Part shown: positions 38,345 to 51,900 of the stretch, piece after piece
Layout: the number at the start of each line of letters is the position of its first letter
Numbering within the stretch: the first letter of the stretch is position 1
NCBI GenBank assembly: GCA_039799905.1
Contig: JBDLRP010000019.1
Coordinates: forward strand, 32,001-96,000
DNA length: 64,000 bases
Direction of reading: 5' to 3'
Origin: Pseudomonadota bacterium
GTDB taxonomy: Bacteria; Bdellovibrionota_B; Oligoflexia; Silvanigrellales; Silvanigrellaceae
Program-made: the position numbers and the translations under genes
The notes under the pieces: generated by a model
What the model saw: only the letters and a program-made list of their open reading frames with translations
What the model was told of the DNA's origin: nothing
Database searches by the model: none

Positions 38345-39898
38345 TTAGTGTTCTCCGTAAAAGAGAATACGGATGCCATCAGCCGTCTTTTCGACAATGC
38401 TTGTCGAACGGTTTGAGCGCGAGTATCCAGCCGCACAGTCGCCGGACTCAGAACCCAGACCTGTGTACCATCCTCCGTCCTGACCACGTCCACGCCAATG
38501 TGTCAGCTTACAGGTTGCCGTGGTTTTGCCTGGTACGGGTTGAGAAACAAATAAATCGGTTCCGAGCTGAACAATGCGGGCAGAATTTGGCGCTACAAAT
38601 GCCGTTCGGGGGCCACTTTCCTGGATGACGTTCATCGAACCCTGCGCATCCTGCAGTGCAAAGGTCGAGTCGTCAGCCCAAATTCTCGCTGACTTTGCCT
38701 GTTTGAGCGTGCCCTCATCATTTACACTCCGAACTGTAACAAAACGTTCCGAATCTTCCTCTACGGAGCTGAGAGTTATTTTGCTGTCACTCACAAAACT
38801 CACTATGGTCTTGGCAATGCCGCTTGCATTGCTCCATGCAACCGACGAAGCAACGGCGTTGTTCGGGTATCTGCGCAATTCAAGTGATTTTCCTAACGAC
38901 GACATGCGTGCGGCATTGTTCCAAGAAAGAAAACCATGATTCCACCAGATGCCGGCTAGATTGATGTCCAGAACACGCAAGTTCTGCGTTCCATCCGGCT
39001 GCAGAATATTCTCTCCCGCAGAGCTCCATTCATTACGAGCAAAGACACTCGACAGTGCGAAGTCGGGCTTAGAGAACATCTGCCTTGTATAGGCAAAAGC
39101 TTGTCCTGATCTGAAGTCGAGCATCAGTGCGGCACCACTGCGGTTCTTGAAAAGCATCCGGCCGAATTCATCGGCCTCAAAGCTGCTGAATACGCCCGAT
39201 CGCGCAATCGGCCAAGAAGCCCGGTTCCAGAGTGTTTTTCGTGCGGCATCCACCCACAACAGTTCGCTGTCGGTTTGAATCACAAGCAACTGCTTGGGCA
39301 GCTCTGTACGATTGCCGGCATTGAGTGATTTGGAACGGATGGCCCACGCTGGCCAACTCAGGCGGCAGATGTCCTGCTTGCCGGATGCCGTGGCAATGGT
39401 TTTTTGCAATTGCGATGCAAAGAGCGTGTAGTCGCCCATGTTTCCGCGCAGGTAAACCGTGTTCGGATCGGCGTCTTTTTCGGTAGGCAGCGTGACCACT
39501 GCCTTGCAGACGCTGCCGTGGCATTCATCAAAGCTCACTCCCGCTTTTTCTGTGCATTGCGCACGCAACCATACACTTTCAGCACCGTTTGCATGCAGAC
39601 GAACGCCGCTGAGCTTGGGAAGCTTTGGGTCATCCCACGCTTCGGGCTGTTGCGACACGGGTGTTTCGTTGTTTTGAATATAGAATCCTGTGCGGATGTG
39701 GTCCGGATGAATCGACATCATGTGCAGTTGCTGCTTGGAGACCTGCAGTGCACTGCGGAACGAGGTGTCGCTGCCGGCTGCGTGATGCTGGGTCGCAACA
39801 AGCGCGATGAGTAAAAGCGTTCTGGCTTTGCACGCGAGGGGTGGCCGGCTCCGAGAGCTGGTATTAAAAAGGTATGTATGAGTGAAAGTGTGTGTCAT
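38345..39898 (-). CDS. Exported beta-rich hypothetical protein, last gene of the giant-protein operon
   Basis: ATG 9 bp after the giant gene stop (alternative TTG 39910 overlaps it); hydrophobic N-terminal segment; beta-rich; paired cysteines. Confidence 0.6.
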   Translation of the reverse strand: MTHTFTHTYLFNTSSRSRPPLACKARTLLLIALVATQHHAAGSDTSFRSALQVSKQQLHMMSIHPDHIRTGFYIQNNETPVSQQPEAWDDPKLPKLSGVRLHANGAESVWLRAQCTEKAGVSFDECHGSVCKAVVTLPTEKDADPNTVYLRGNMGDYTLFASQLQKTIATASGKQDICRLSWPAWAIRSKSLNAGNRTELPKQLLVIQTDSELLWVDAARKTLWNRASWPIARSGVFSSFEADEFGRMLFKNRSGAALMLDFRSGQAFAYTRQMFSKPDFALSSVFARNEWSSAGENILQPDGTQNLRVLDINLAGIWWNHGFLSWNNAARMSSLGKSLELRRYPNNAVASSVAWSNASGIAKTIVSFVSDSKITLSSVEEDSERFVTVRSVNDEGTLKQAKSARIWADDSTFALQDAQGSMNVIQESGPRTAFVAPNSARIVQLGTDLFVSQPVPGKTTATCKLTHWRGRGQDGGWYTGLGSESGDCAAGYSRSNRSTSIVEKTADGIRILFYGEH

Positions 39899-39906
39899 AC
39901 TGGGCC

Positions 39907-42900
39907 TCAATCAGGGTCATCGGGGGTCATAAAATAATAAGGATTACCGGCGGAGTCTTTGAGCCACCAAACTCCGCGCAGATTTTTACCTTTTGTATGG
40001 TCGATCTCGACATCAATTTTGCAGGAACTATTATCCGAAACGTTAGTTTTGTTCATGCAGCGGTCCGTATTCGTCGAGGTCGTCGTGACAAAGAAGAAAG
40101 CATTCTGCATTGGGTGGGCGTTGTATCTCCGCGGTTTGATGAATGTATCATTCGCAGGAACAGAGGGGTCTGCCAGCAGAGGAAAGGTTGTAAAGGTTGT
40201 ATCGAGAGTCTCTACAGAGGCTTTTGCAGTTTCACACTTGCCCGTTGCGCAGTCTGCCCAGGTAAAACCACCGTGGGTGTAGTAAAAAATTCGTCTGTCA
40301 GTCGCCACCGTTGGGACAGTTGTGTCCTCAGCTTGCTCCGCTTTTGTGAGATTTGCACCTGCATCGGCAGCTGTTTCTTGTGGCGCGGTTGTCACTGGTG
40401 CTGTAATTGAATCCGACTTTCTCAATGGGACTCGCAGCACGGGCGAATCTGCAACTAGAACTTTGTTGTTCGATGAAGTGAACCGTAATTTAAACTTACT
40501 CGTCATTTTTCCGGCAACGCCCTCAACGATAAACTGCGCGAAGTTGTTGTTTAAGATGTCTGCCGTCATACTGGGCTTGTGAATCAATTCGGGGTGGGCT
40601 TCGGTTGAGTCCAGTGTCTGCGCAGGTGTAAACGCCTCAGCACTGCTCAGCGTAACACCTGTTTCATTCTTAAATTGACAGAGCGATTCCGCCGCTCTTG
40701 TGGACGTATACATCCATGGAGTGCATTCCACGGTAGGAGCGGTGAGTGTCACCGGTGCTGTAATTTGCACAACGCTGCCGCCCAAATGGCTGGCAGAGTC
40801 CGGCTTGCAGCTGACATCGCCTCTCAGGTACTTGTTTGCAGGCGCAGTCACAGCAAATCCATTTCCAGATGCCGCAAAGACGGCACTGCCGCTTGATCCC
40901 GTGGTAGCAGCTGCCACGGTAACGCCTGTGTCTACGTTGGTGAATGTTGCGCTTGCACCACCTGCTCCGCACGACTTTGTATTCGTGCCGGCGGCAATAA
41001 AGTTTCCGGCTTTATCATAATGCCAAGCAAACAAAGCTCCACAACCCGTTCCGGCAGCCGTTCCTGCTGCGTTGGCCGCACAGGTTCGGGTGAATGAGCA
41101 CTCGCGGGTTGTCTGGATGTTGTCTCCTGCAGATACACAGTTGAATACCGAAGGCTGCACATCGTCTGTCGTAAGCAAGGTGCGGCGCACAGCTCCGGCG
41201 GTGATCGTCAGATCCTCAGTCACACTGACACCGCATTTTGAGAACGTCAGATTGTGTGTGCCGGCCTTGTAAATCTTGAGAGCCGCATTGCTTGGGTTGC
41301 TGTTCGTATTGGTGATCGCAATATTGTCTGCATAGGCACCTTGATCGTTTCCTGTTACATTGACGGTACTGCAGTTGCCACCGCTCTTGGGAGTGGTTGT
41401 ACCATTATCAAATTCGTCTTTCGCCGTGATGGTTGTTGCAATGCTGGAGGTTGCGGTTGGATAAAGGGCATCCACGGTTCCTCCGGTCAATCCGCCAATC
41501 ACAAGTTTTGCCGCAGGGCCCGCACTCACACTGGTAATTGTCACTGATGCAGATTTTCCGCGCACGGATGCTGTGAGAGTCCTATCAGTGTTGTGGACTT
41601 TTTTGAAGTTGAAAAGCGCATTGGGCGAGCATTCACCGCTGGTTGAGAATGTGCAGCTCACTGAACCTGTGTGAATGCAGCTGTTAGTTGGAAGATCAGG
41701 ATCGGCACAGACCAGGTTGGGTTGGCCGGATGTGCTGAACGTCACTGTTTGTGCAGTCGCATTGAGTCCAGGCATCGGTACAAGCGAGGTGTCTTTTTGA
41801 CTTTGAAGTGTCAGTTTTGAAATCTGAAAGTTTCCGAATCCAGCAACAAGCGTTGTGGTTGCAGGCGCGGAAGCAATGCTCAGAGTGTGGGGTCCGCCAA
41901 ACAGGCGGATTGAATTTGACGTGAACGTATCTGAACCAACAGTCTTCTGACAAGAGATGAGTTCGTTTATGTGGGGAGTTGTGCTGTCGGATGCTCTTGT
42001 GCGTGTTTGAACGCCGGCGTTCGCGCCCTCAAGAGTTCCCCCAACTTTCCAGTCGCAGGTGTGTGTTGATGCTGCGGATGCAAGTTTGTTTCCAAATGCA
42101 TCGTAGTGATACGAGAACAAATCAGGGCAGCTGACACCGTCGTTCCCGCCATTCAGAGTGGCGCACGCTACCTCACCATTTGCCGCACTGAAGTTGGGTG
42201 CGGTTGTCTCGGAGCTGATGACAATTCTTCCCAACGTTGTGTTCGACTGAACTGTGAGCGGGATCTGCACGCTCAAGCCGCAACCGTTCGCTGTCACAGG
42301 AATACTGTGATTACCGGCCGCTTTGATTATTAAACTGTCAATCGGGATCGTGACGTTGGTAGCCGCATCGAAGGAACCAAACGTAAATACTGATGTGTCA
42401 CCAGCAGGTGAAGTGGGCAAGGCACCCGCAGTGAAACCAGTGCAGGAGCGGAGGCTATCATTGCCAAAGGTGTCGAAACCCCTCACCGAAACAAGTGTTT
42501 TCAATTCAGAGCCCGCGTTCTGGAGGGATGTTGGGGCAGTGACTACCAAAGACGCGGCGTTTGCCGAATTCACAATCATGCTGAGCGTGTTCGATGTGAT
42601 TCCACGAATTCGAACTGCAACGTCATTGCTGCCGCTCGCTCCGCTGCGGGTCAGGCTGAGTTTCTGATTTGCCGCTATGCCAGACAAAAGCGAGACGGCG
42701 CTGTTGTCGCATTTGCCATCTGCAAATGTGCAGGATGGAGTGTTTGGGACGACATTGTTCGGGGTTCCAAACATCGCTTTTTGCGCCGTGGTGACGAACT
42801 CGATAGGTTCCGTGGCGAAATCATAATCGTCTCTGATTGTCGCGTCGGTTGATACGTCCACTTCAGTATTATTTTGTCTCGTAAATAGCGATATTTTCCT

Positions 42901-45900
42901 GATTCCAACATTGTCATTGCCCGCGACAACAGGATTGGAAGCAGCGCTAAGTATGCCGTTAATTGCGGTGGTCGATGTTCCTCGCAATTCAAGAGCAACC
43001 CTCGAAATTCCACCCTGCACGGGAATTGCAGTCGACAGATTCGAGGCGCCAGTCTGCGCAACGCCGTTGACTGTGCGTTGGCATTGTAAATTACCATCCA
43101 AGAATTTTGAGTGTGTGAGTGTGATGCTCCGACCCAGTGGTAATGAGGCCGCTGCGGGACCGTTCGATGTTCCAATCGGTGTGTAGATCCATTTGCATGA
43201 ATTATTTTGCACGTTATTTAGTAGGTTGCCCTGGTTGTCGCGGAAGTAGGCATAAATCGAATCACAGGTCACGCCGCTTCCCGATTCAGCCGTATGCTTA
43301 CAGTTAATTTTAGCTGGCTGAGTTGTCGACTGCACTGTGGCATCATCAACAATGTTGCTGTTCAGGAATTTGAAGTCGCTGAAGACTCCATTGGTTGTTT
43401 TGATGGTATGAGTAAATGAGAAATTACCGCACGCAGCTGGAGCTGCAAACGTCAAAGTCAAACCAGTCGAGTTTGCATTCCGCAAAGCCGTAGAATTGAG
43501 TGCATAGGTTCCCTTGCTGGTGTCGGCAACGCTAATCGCAGTTCCTTTGTTGGCGGCTGTGAGAGTTGTTCCATGGATTGTGGGTGCTGTGCCAATGGCC
43601 GATTTGTGGTTGTCGAACAGGTCAGTCAATTGAGTTGCAGAGATGGTCAAGTCTTCGCTGCACGACGGATTATCAAAGGCATCGGTCAGATTGAATGTGC
43701 CGCTGATTGTAGCATCTGCTGCGACGGTGTCAGGAACTGTTCGCGAAATGACCTTCGTCGGATTACCTTCCGCAACAATAATATTGTTGCGTACGTTGGC
43801 ATTTGCTCCGGTGATATTGCTCACACCGTGCACGTTGATTGTCAGCGCGCGGGCCGTCGCGTCGGCCCGGACGAAGCTGAAGTTGAACGTCGTAGCACAG
43901 GCACCTGTTGCGCTGAAGTTACAGTCGGTGGCGGGAGTTGATGTGAACAGAGTGCCGTCCAAGCCCGCACTTGCAGTTGTCGAGAAACTGATCGGCAACG
44001 TGCCCGCATATTCGGCATTGATGACAGTGTTGTTCTTGCGTCCCTTCAGCTGCAATCCGCTCACTGCGAAATTGCTTGTGCCTGCTGTGATATTACCGCT
44101 GGCAGGAAGGGTCGCATCAACACTTTGCACACCACCAAAGAGCACAACACCAACTGTTCCTTCTTCTGTTGCTCCACCCGCCTTCACGCAGGTGAGTCTT
44201 GCATCGAGTGCGCTATTTGCTGAAACGCTGATGCTGGGAGAGGGTTGGTTGTCCAGCGCTGGAACCGTCAGAGCAGGAGAGCTCACCGCAAGATTTGTGA
44301 GTGCCCATGAATCACAGGTATCTCCTGCACGGTGATTGCCAAATTGGTCGAAGAACCATGCGCGGATTGTGTCGCAACTTGTTCCTCCGCCCGAGAGCAA
44401 CGAACACTTATCCTCGTCCACGTTCGTCTTGGAGGCCGTCGTCGATTTGTTGAGAAAGAACTTGTGAGCAGCACCGGCAGAAATATTCAAGTTGAGGAGG
44501 TGGCTGACCCCGCATGTGTTGATAGTCAGGGTATTCGCTCCCGGACCTGTGAGTTTCATGTCAGTGAGTTTGTAAACCAAGGCCGTAGCATCAAACGAGT
44601 TCAGAGCCGGACCCGTGAACTTCGTTGCGTTGTCGTTGTTTCCGTTCGCCAAGACGGTTGTTTGAGCGATTGTAGAAGAGTTGGTGGTCGCACAGGTGTT
44701 GCCGTTGTCAGCCCTCTTGTCGGTCTTATTTCCGAATTGGTCCAATAGATCGATGTGAAGATTGAAAGTTTGATCGGCTTGTCTGTCCGCATTCGTTTGG
44801 TTGATTGATGGATTGGAATCAATAATTGCGTCTCCGGCAACGTTGACGAGTTTGAATGTCGTTGTGGTTGCAGATGCATTTGCCGGGTTGACGTTAAAGT
44901 TGCCCGAGTTGATGCTCTTGCCTCGGACAAATGCTGTGAACGAGACTCCTGTTTCCTTGCGGGTGAAGTGCAGCGACAGCGCCGTCGTCGGGTTTGGTGA
45001 TGTTCCGCTGGTGCAAACACCATCCACAAAATTGCAAGTCCATGCAGGGTTGACCACCTCATTTGGATTTCCGGTGACGGCCTTCTGCGCAGTCGTTTGA
45101 AGTGTGACCGACTCCTGGTTGAGGTCTTCTTCAATGGCTGGAAATGTCAGAACCCCAGAGTTATCATAGCTGGGACCCTTGAGAGTGAGTGAGGTGAGAC
45201 TGAACGCAGCGCCTGCGACGACGTTTGTCGTGCTGGAGTGCGCCATTGCTAGACTCTCTATGCCGCCGAAGAAATGAATCGAATGACTCTTGTCGTCGTC
45301 GTTGTCTACAACGCATTTAACCCTGCCATCAATCCAGTCGGAGCTTGTGAGTCTCGTGGAGCTTGTTGTTCCTGTATTTGTGAGTGTTGCGGCAGCTTCG
45401 TTGGAGGTCGGGGTTGTTCCACCGGTTTTTGTGTATGTCCACGATGTGCAGTTCTGTCCGTCTCGTACGTTTCCGAATGAGTCGTAAATGAATGCATTGA
45501 GTGTGTTGCAGACGACTCCCGAGCCAGAGCCAGCGAGAGCGCAGCGCTCGCGCAATATATCATTCGAGGTGTTGCCGCTTGGTGCAGCGTTGCCCGTTGT
45601 CACGCGCGCAAATGCACGCTCGGCCTTGGGAACGATACGCAGCTTGTACACCGTTGTTCGTCCGCAGGCTGTGAAGGTTAGGTCGGTGGTTGTTGCCTTG
45701 CGGATGAGAAGGTCTTCAACCTCAAATTCACCAATTGTACCTGCTTTTGCCGCAAAGATATGGTCTGCATCTATCAGTGTAGACGCAGCGCTGTCCACCG
45801 GCGCATTTAGGTTTGCGGAAGATGCTATTGTCATTCCGGCTTGAGTAGCAACACAACCCACGGCTGTTCTGTTATCGAACTGGTCGAATGCGTTGATGGT

Positions 45901-48900
45901 TGCACCAAAGGCATCGCCCGCGCTCAGTGGTGTTGTTTCGTTTTTCAGATTTGCGTCTGTGTTGGCGGTTGTCCAGACCCGAGCCGCGATGCGGCTTGCC
46001 GTGGTCGGTGCGACGTTGAACACTGCCGGCGAAAACACTTTTCCACGAACAAAGACGCTGAACGTGATGCCGTCCTGAGCCTTAGAAAAATTGAGGTTGA
46101 GTGCATCGGCTATACTGGGTGCGGGATCGCCGTCGCACACGCCGGCAACAAAATTACAGGTCCAAGCCGGCTTAACGACTTCGGCAGGGTTTCCAGCCGA
46201 TGCCTTCACAGCTGTCGTTTGCAACGATACAGGTTCGGCATTGAGGTTATCTGGAAGGGCAGCCATGCTGAAGACGTCAGCTGTGTAGGTCGGCCCGGTG
46301 AGTTGCACCGAGTTCAACGCAAAAGCCGATCCTGCGGTCACGGCTGCAGTGCTCGTATGGGTTACGTCAAGCTTGGTTATTCCGCCAAAGAACTGAATTG
46401 AGTGAGTGATGGCTCCGTTTGCGCATGTGACTGTGCCGTCCATCCAATCGGTGCTTGTGATTCGGGTTGTGCGCGCGCCTCCAGTGCTGCTTCGTGTTAC
46501 CTTGTTTCCATCTGACTCAAACAGAGTTCCCGAATGTGTCGTTCCTGTTGTCGCCGCATAAGTCCACGTCGTGCAAGTGTCTCCTTCGCGCAAGTTTCCG
46601 AAGACGTCATACATGAAGGCATTCAGTGGTTCGCAGGTGACACCCGCTCCCGATGCAGCCAATGGGCATCTTTGTTTGAGTGTCGCGGCAGCGGTGTTTG
46701 CCGCCGGTGCTGCTTCGGCCGTGCTCACACGGGTATACGAGTGCGCTGCGGGAACAATCTTAATATCGCGCGTTGTGGTTCGCCCACAGGCTGTGAAGGT
46801 GAGTGTTGTTGTTGTGGCCTTCTTGATGTTCATGTTGTTGTTGACGCTGAACCGTCCGGTAAATCCGGCATCTGCGGCAAAGGCAACACCACCACCGGTC
46901 AACTGCGACGCTCCTCCAAGTGGGTCGTTCAGGTTGACTGAAGATGTGATTGTCATTGCTGCGGCGTTGCAGTTTCCAGATGTATCGTTGCTGAACTGGT
47001 CAACAGCGTTCACTGTCGCGCGGAAGCTTTCTCCTGCGACCAAAGGAGTTGCAACGCTGCGTTGATTCGCTTCGGTCGTCGGATCGGCACCCGTGTAGAC
47101 CCGTGCGGTAATCGAATCGGCGTTGTTTGCTACCACGTTGAAGTTGGGTGTTGTGTAGGTCAAACCGCGCACTTTAACAGTCAAGTTCCTTGCTGTTTCA
47201 ACCTTTGTGAAGCTCGCACTCATCGCGGTTGTGCACTCGGCCTTGCTGTTTTGCGAAAAGTTGCATGTGACTGCTGCTGACGGGATGACAGCATTCGCAT
47301 CTGGATCGTTGGCCCGCGTTGCGTTGCTCGACAGTTCGATGGTTTCATTTGTCAAAACCTGCGGGAGAATGACCGCTGTGTTGTCTCCGGCCGGACCATG
47401 CAGCTGAACCGAGGTAATAGAAAAGTTGCCGTTCAAGGCTGTCAGATTACCTGTCGTGTGGCTTACATTCATGAATGCAATACCGCCATGCATTGGCAAT
47501 GTTCTGTTAAAGGCGCCGCGCGTGCATTTCAATGTTCCGTCAATGAAGTTGCTGTGATTGACTCGCACCGATGCCGTGTTTGCTTCCGCGTTGGTGTTTT
47601 CGGCTGTGAACGGTGTAGGCACGGTGTAAGTTCCAGCAGGAATACTCGCGTTGTAGGCTGGGGCATCGCGTAAGTCGAACTGCCAATGGTCGCATGTGTC
47701 GCCGATGCGTTGGTTGCCATGCGCATCAAAGAAGAACGCATTGACGAATTGGCAGGTGGCACCAGTGCCTGTGGCGTTGAGCGGGCAGTTGAGTGAGGTC
47801 AGGCTCGCTGCGGGTGCAGCGGCACTGGTGTGCAGGCGAATCTCATTAAGCACAGCCGGTTGAACGCGGATGGTCAGGTCTGCTGTCAGGCCGCACATCT
47901 TATAGCGGAGCGTGTGGTCGCCTGCCTTGCGGACATTCAGGCCCGTGCTTGTGCCTGGGGTAGATTCGATAACCCAGTGGCCAAGCGCAGTGTTTTGGAA
48001 AAGTCGGTCGGCAGTCGTCAAAGTCGAATTGGTATTGTCGAGCGTTCCACCCACAACGGTGATGTCATCTGCTGCCGCCGTGCATGCTGTTGAATTGGAG
48101 CCATTGATGAAGTCAGTCGGGTTACCAAACTCATCCACGACACGGATGTTGGCTCCCACGTTGTCGCTTGCCAGCATCGGATTTGCGACTGTGATGCGGT
48201 CGGTGTCGATGGTTCTCCATAGGAACGGAGAGATCTGGTGTGCACCTGCGGGTGTGACCGTCAGTGCCGGTAAAGCTGCAGTGACGTCGCGATAGCTGAC
48301 CGTGATGACGCGGTTGGTTTCCGCACGGCGCAGGCTGAGGTTTGCATTCAGCGCGCAGGCACCACTTGCATTGAACGTACACGAGACTGTGGTGCTGGCA
48401 ACCATTGGCAGTGTCGCATCGGTCAACGATGCTCCGCTGGAGCCACTCGTGGAACCCAGAACAAGATTCTGTGCTCCAAGCCCGCCAATATCGTCCTTGT
48501 TCACTTCGCTCTCAACGAGTGAGCTGTCGATGTTTGAAGTGTCGCTGAGCGCGACTTTTTTCATACGTGCTTGGATGTCGTTGACGGTCAGGTTGTTGGC
48601 TGCAGCTGTTTTGCTTGTGGCAGCAGCCGTGCCGCCAAAGGTGTGGGTGGCTGTCAGGCTCGTCAGACCACCCGACATCAGTGCAATGCCTTTGCTGCCG
48701 CCAGTCGACACACACGCAAGTCTACCGCTCAGGAAGCTGCCGATTGTGTCGGGTGTTTTGATCGATTGGCTCGTGCCGGTGGCTGCCAACGTGAAGCCGT
48801 CGCCATCTGTTTTGCTCGTTGATCCTGAAGCTTTGTCAAAGCTCCACGATGTGCATGTTCCCGCCGGATTGACATTGCCGAATTGGTCCCAGAAGAATGC

Positions 48901-51900
48901 GTTTACCGTGGGGCAATTCACATCCAAGCGATTTCCGAGTGGACAATTCACCAGCGGTGCAGTGGCAGTCGCCGAAGGCGCTGTGTTGCTTGCAGCAAGC
49001 CGCACATGACTTGTCGCTTCGGGCAACACGCTGAAGACGAAATTTCGGCTCAATCCGCAGGCATCCACCGTCAGAGTGACGGCCTGCGTTGCTTTGTAGA
49101 GTTGGAAGGTTAGATTTGTAAACTGTCCGGGACTCGCCGCTGTGAACAGACGAGAGTTGTTTGCGTTGAGAGCGCGGGTCGTAAAGTTTGCTGGGATTCC
49201 GTTGAAGGGAATATTTGGATTGACCGAGTCACATGCCTCATTGTTGCACGCCGGCGGCAGTGTCGATGCTGCTGCAGTGATCGTGAGCGTAGTGCACGCC
49301 GCGCGGTTGCCGGCGTTGTCGAAAACATCCACTGAGCTCAATATCACATCACCGCCGGCCGTCGGAGATTGAGTGTTGAAGTTACCGACGACAATATCGG
49401 TTGCAACACCTGTCGAAACGCGGATTCCCCCAATCACCTTGCTGACATTACGTGTGGTGATTGTGAACGAAGTGTCAGTTGCCGGAGTTGTCGGGAAAGT
49501 CATGTCGAGATCAATTGCGCTTGAGTTGACCCCATTTGCCGCATGATTCACGGTTAGATTTGTCGGCAGAGGATTACTTCCGCCTTGATAGTTGGTTCCC
49601 AAGCCAGAAGCATTCAGAGTGTATTCTTCGCTGCGCTGACGATTGACGGCCTGCAGCTGTCCGCCGCGCCACTGCAAAAGAGCGAGATTGGTAATTGTCA
49701 GCGTTGAACCGGCCGTGATAGCGTTTCTGGTCGCAGGATTGGTGATGGGGTTTGTCGTTACGGTTGTGCCGTCGAAACTGCCCAAATCACCAATGCCGCC
49801 AAATAGCTCAACGGTTCTGACAATTGCATTGCCTGAAGTTGTGTTTGTTCCAGCAAGCGTGCAGGTCAAATCACGATTTATGAAGCTTGCATTGGTGACT
49901 GTTGCAGTTGTGTCGGTCACCGGTACTCCGGCAGGGGTGCCAGATGCTGCAATCGCAGCAGTTTCTCCCGATGGAATCTTTTGCGCTGCAGTCCAATCGC
50001 AGTTACCCGAGTTTCTGCGCCAGCGGTTGCCGTATTCATCCCACATGAATGCAAAAATAGTCGGGCAGGCAATGTTTGCGTTCAATCCGTCGACCGGCAT
50101 ACATTCCTGAGGAGTTGTCAAAGAAGTCGATGGCTCAACAGATGAATTGCTGAGCTGAACCTCATTGGCCTTGAAGTTTTCAATCACGCTGACTACCACG
50201 GCTGCCGATTGCACTCCGCAGCCCTCAAAAAAGATGCTGTTCTCGCTTGCTTGGAAAAAGGTCATGGCCTTTTGAAAAACGCCTATTGATGCAGTTGTGT
50301 TCAACGGGTCTCCGGCACTTGCATTGCTGATGGCATTTGTGACCGAACCGTTGTGTCCACCAGGTGAGGCGAGGTTTGAGCCATCGGTTGCCTTGACAAC
50401 CGGAGGCGTCGCACAGCCGTTTGCTGAGAGATTTCCAAACGCATCGGTTGCGACCACGCGAAGAGTTGTGACAACGCCTGCAACCTGAGCCGGAATATTG
50501 TCGGGAGTGAGGGTGCTGACAGCCGCCGGTACAACATCGTAGCCAGCGGCGTTCGCACCTTTGCGCAGTCCGCTGTTGTTGTCCGTAACAAGCAGTTCAC
50601 CAACTTCAAAGCGTTGCGACTTGCGCAGGACAATTCCATTCTGCACTCCAATTCCGTTGGTGAATGCAAAAGTAGTCGTGAGGGTCGGTGCGCTTGCTCC
50701 GGAACCTTGTACTCCCGAAATTGTGTAGCTTTGAGCCTGCAATGCGGAGTCGAGCGTCGTTCCTGTCGTTACTAGGTTGCCGGCAACGTCGAGGGGTTCA
50801 AGTTTCAGACTGATGGCAGTTCCGGCTGTTGTGTTCGGCCAGGTGTTTGCATCGTTGTTGTCGAGTTTCAACCTGTAGGAGGCGACGGTTTCAATTTGCG
50901 GAAGGTAAACCACATCCACACTGGGCTCGACGCTCACACCGGCCGGCACACCTGTGACTTTCCACTTCACTTTTTGCCCGACCCTGTAAAATAAATCCTT
51001 AAACTCGAATCCGACGCCCGCTTTGAAGGCCGTGTTGATTGCCGGATCCGCCGGCTCAAGATTCAATGCCGCAGCATTAAAAGTAGCATCGGTAGAGCTG
51101 ACGGCTTGGGTTGTGGTCAGAGTGTTGTCGACCGCTTCGGCAGTAAGTGACACGCCGGTATCGCCGGCACGCAGATTGCCGAACGCGTCTAAAGGTTGCA
51201 CTACAATCCTAAAGAGACCATCCGAGGAGCGCGCGTTGCGGTTGCTGTTGTTTGCAAGACTGGTGAGTCCCGTTTGGGAATTGTCTGTCGCAAGAAGACG
51301 ATACTTGTTCAACGTAGCCGGCAACACCCGCAGAGTGTTCCCTGCTGCGGGATGAATTGTAACGGCTTTGCTTTGCGTCGCATTGTTTATGCTGAGTGTG
51401 TCGCGATAGTTGTTGCGTGCTTCAAAGAAGGTGACTTTCACAAGTGCAACACCGTCGATGAATGTGCCGTGGGTGGCACTGTTAAATTTGACCGTTGTAT
51501 TGGTTTGCCCGCTAATCTGCGTGGGTTGTCGTGCAGTGCCATCGGCACCGGTGAGCGATCCGATTCCAGCCCAAGTATAGTCGTCATTGCGGAGAATGTT
51601 GTCGATTCCACGCACCGGATTGCCGTAGTTGTCGACTGCCTCAAAGCGAAGAGTTGTTTCGCTGCCCGCGAATACATCTGTGACTCCCGCGGGAATGGCA
51701 AGACGGAAATCAGCGACCGAAAACAAACCTGCTTCGAAATTGATGAGTGGCGCTGCGGCGATGGTGCTCATGCCGGCATCCGAAGGTCCGAATGCAACCA
51801 CACGGAACTGACCCGGTTCGTCATAGAAGAGATTTGGATAATTGATAAATGTGTTAGTAGCGCCGAACACACCCGTCGTGCCACCCGTCAACACACCACT

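Noticed and set aside
40700..50700. Repeats as a CRISPR array or DGR template/variable repeats
   Set aside because: Units are ~1.1 kb, in frame and highly diverged; no cas or reverse transcriptase genes are present.
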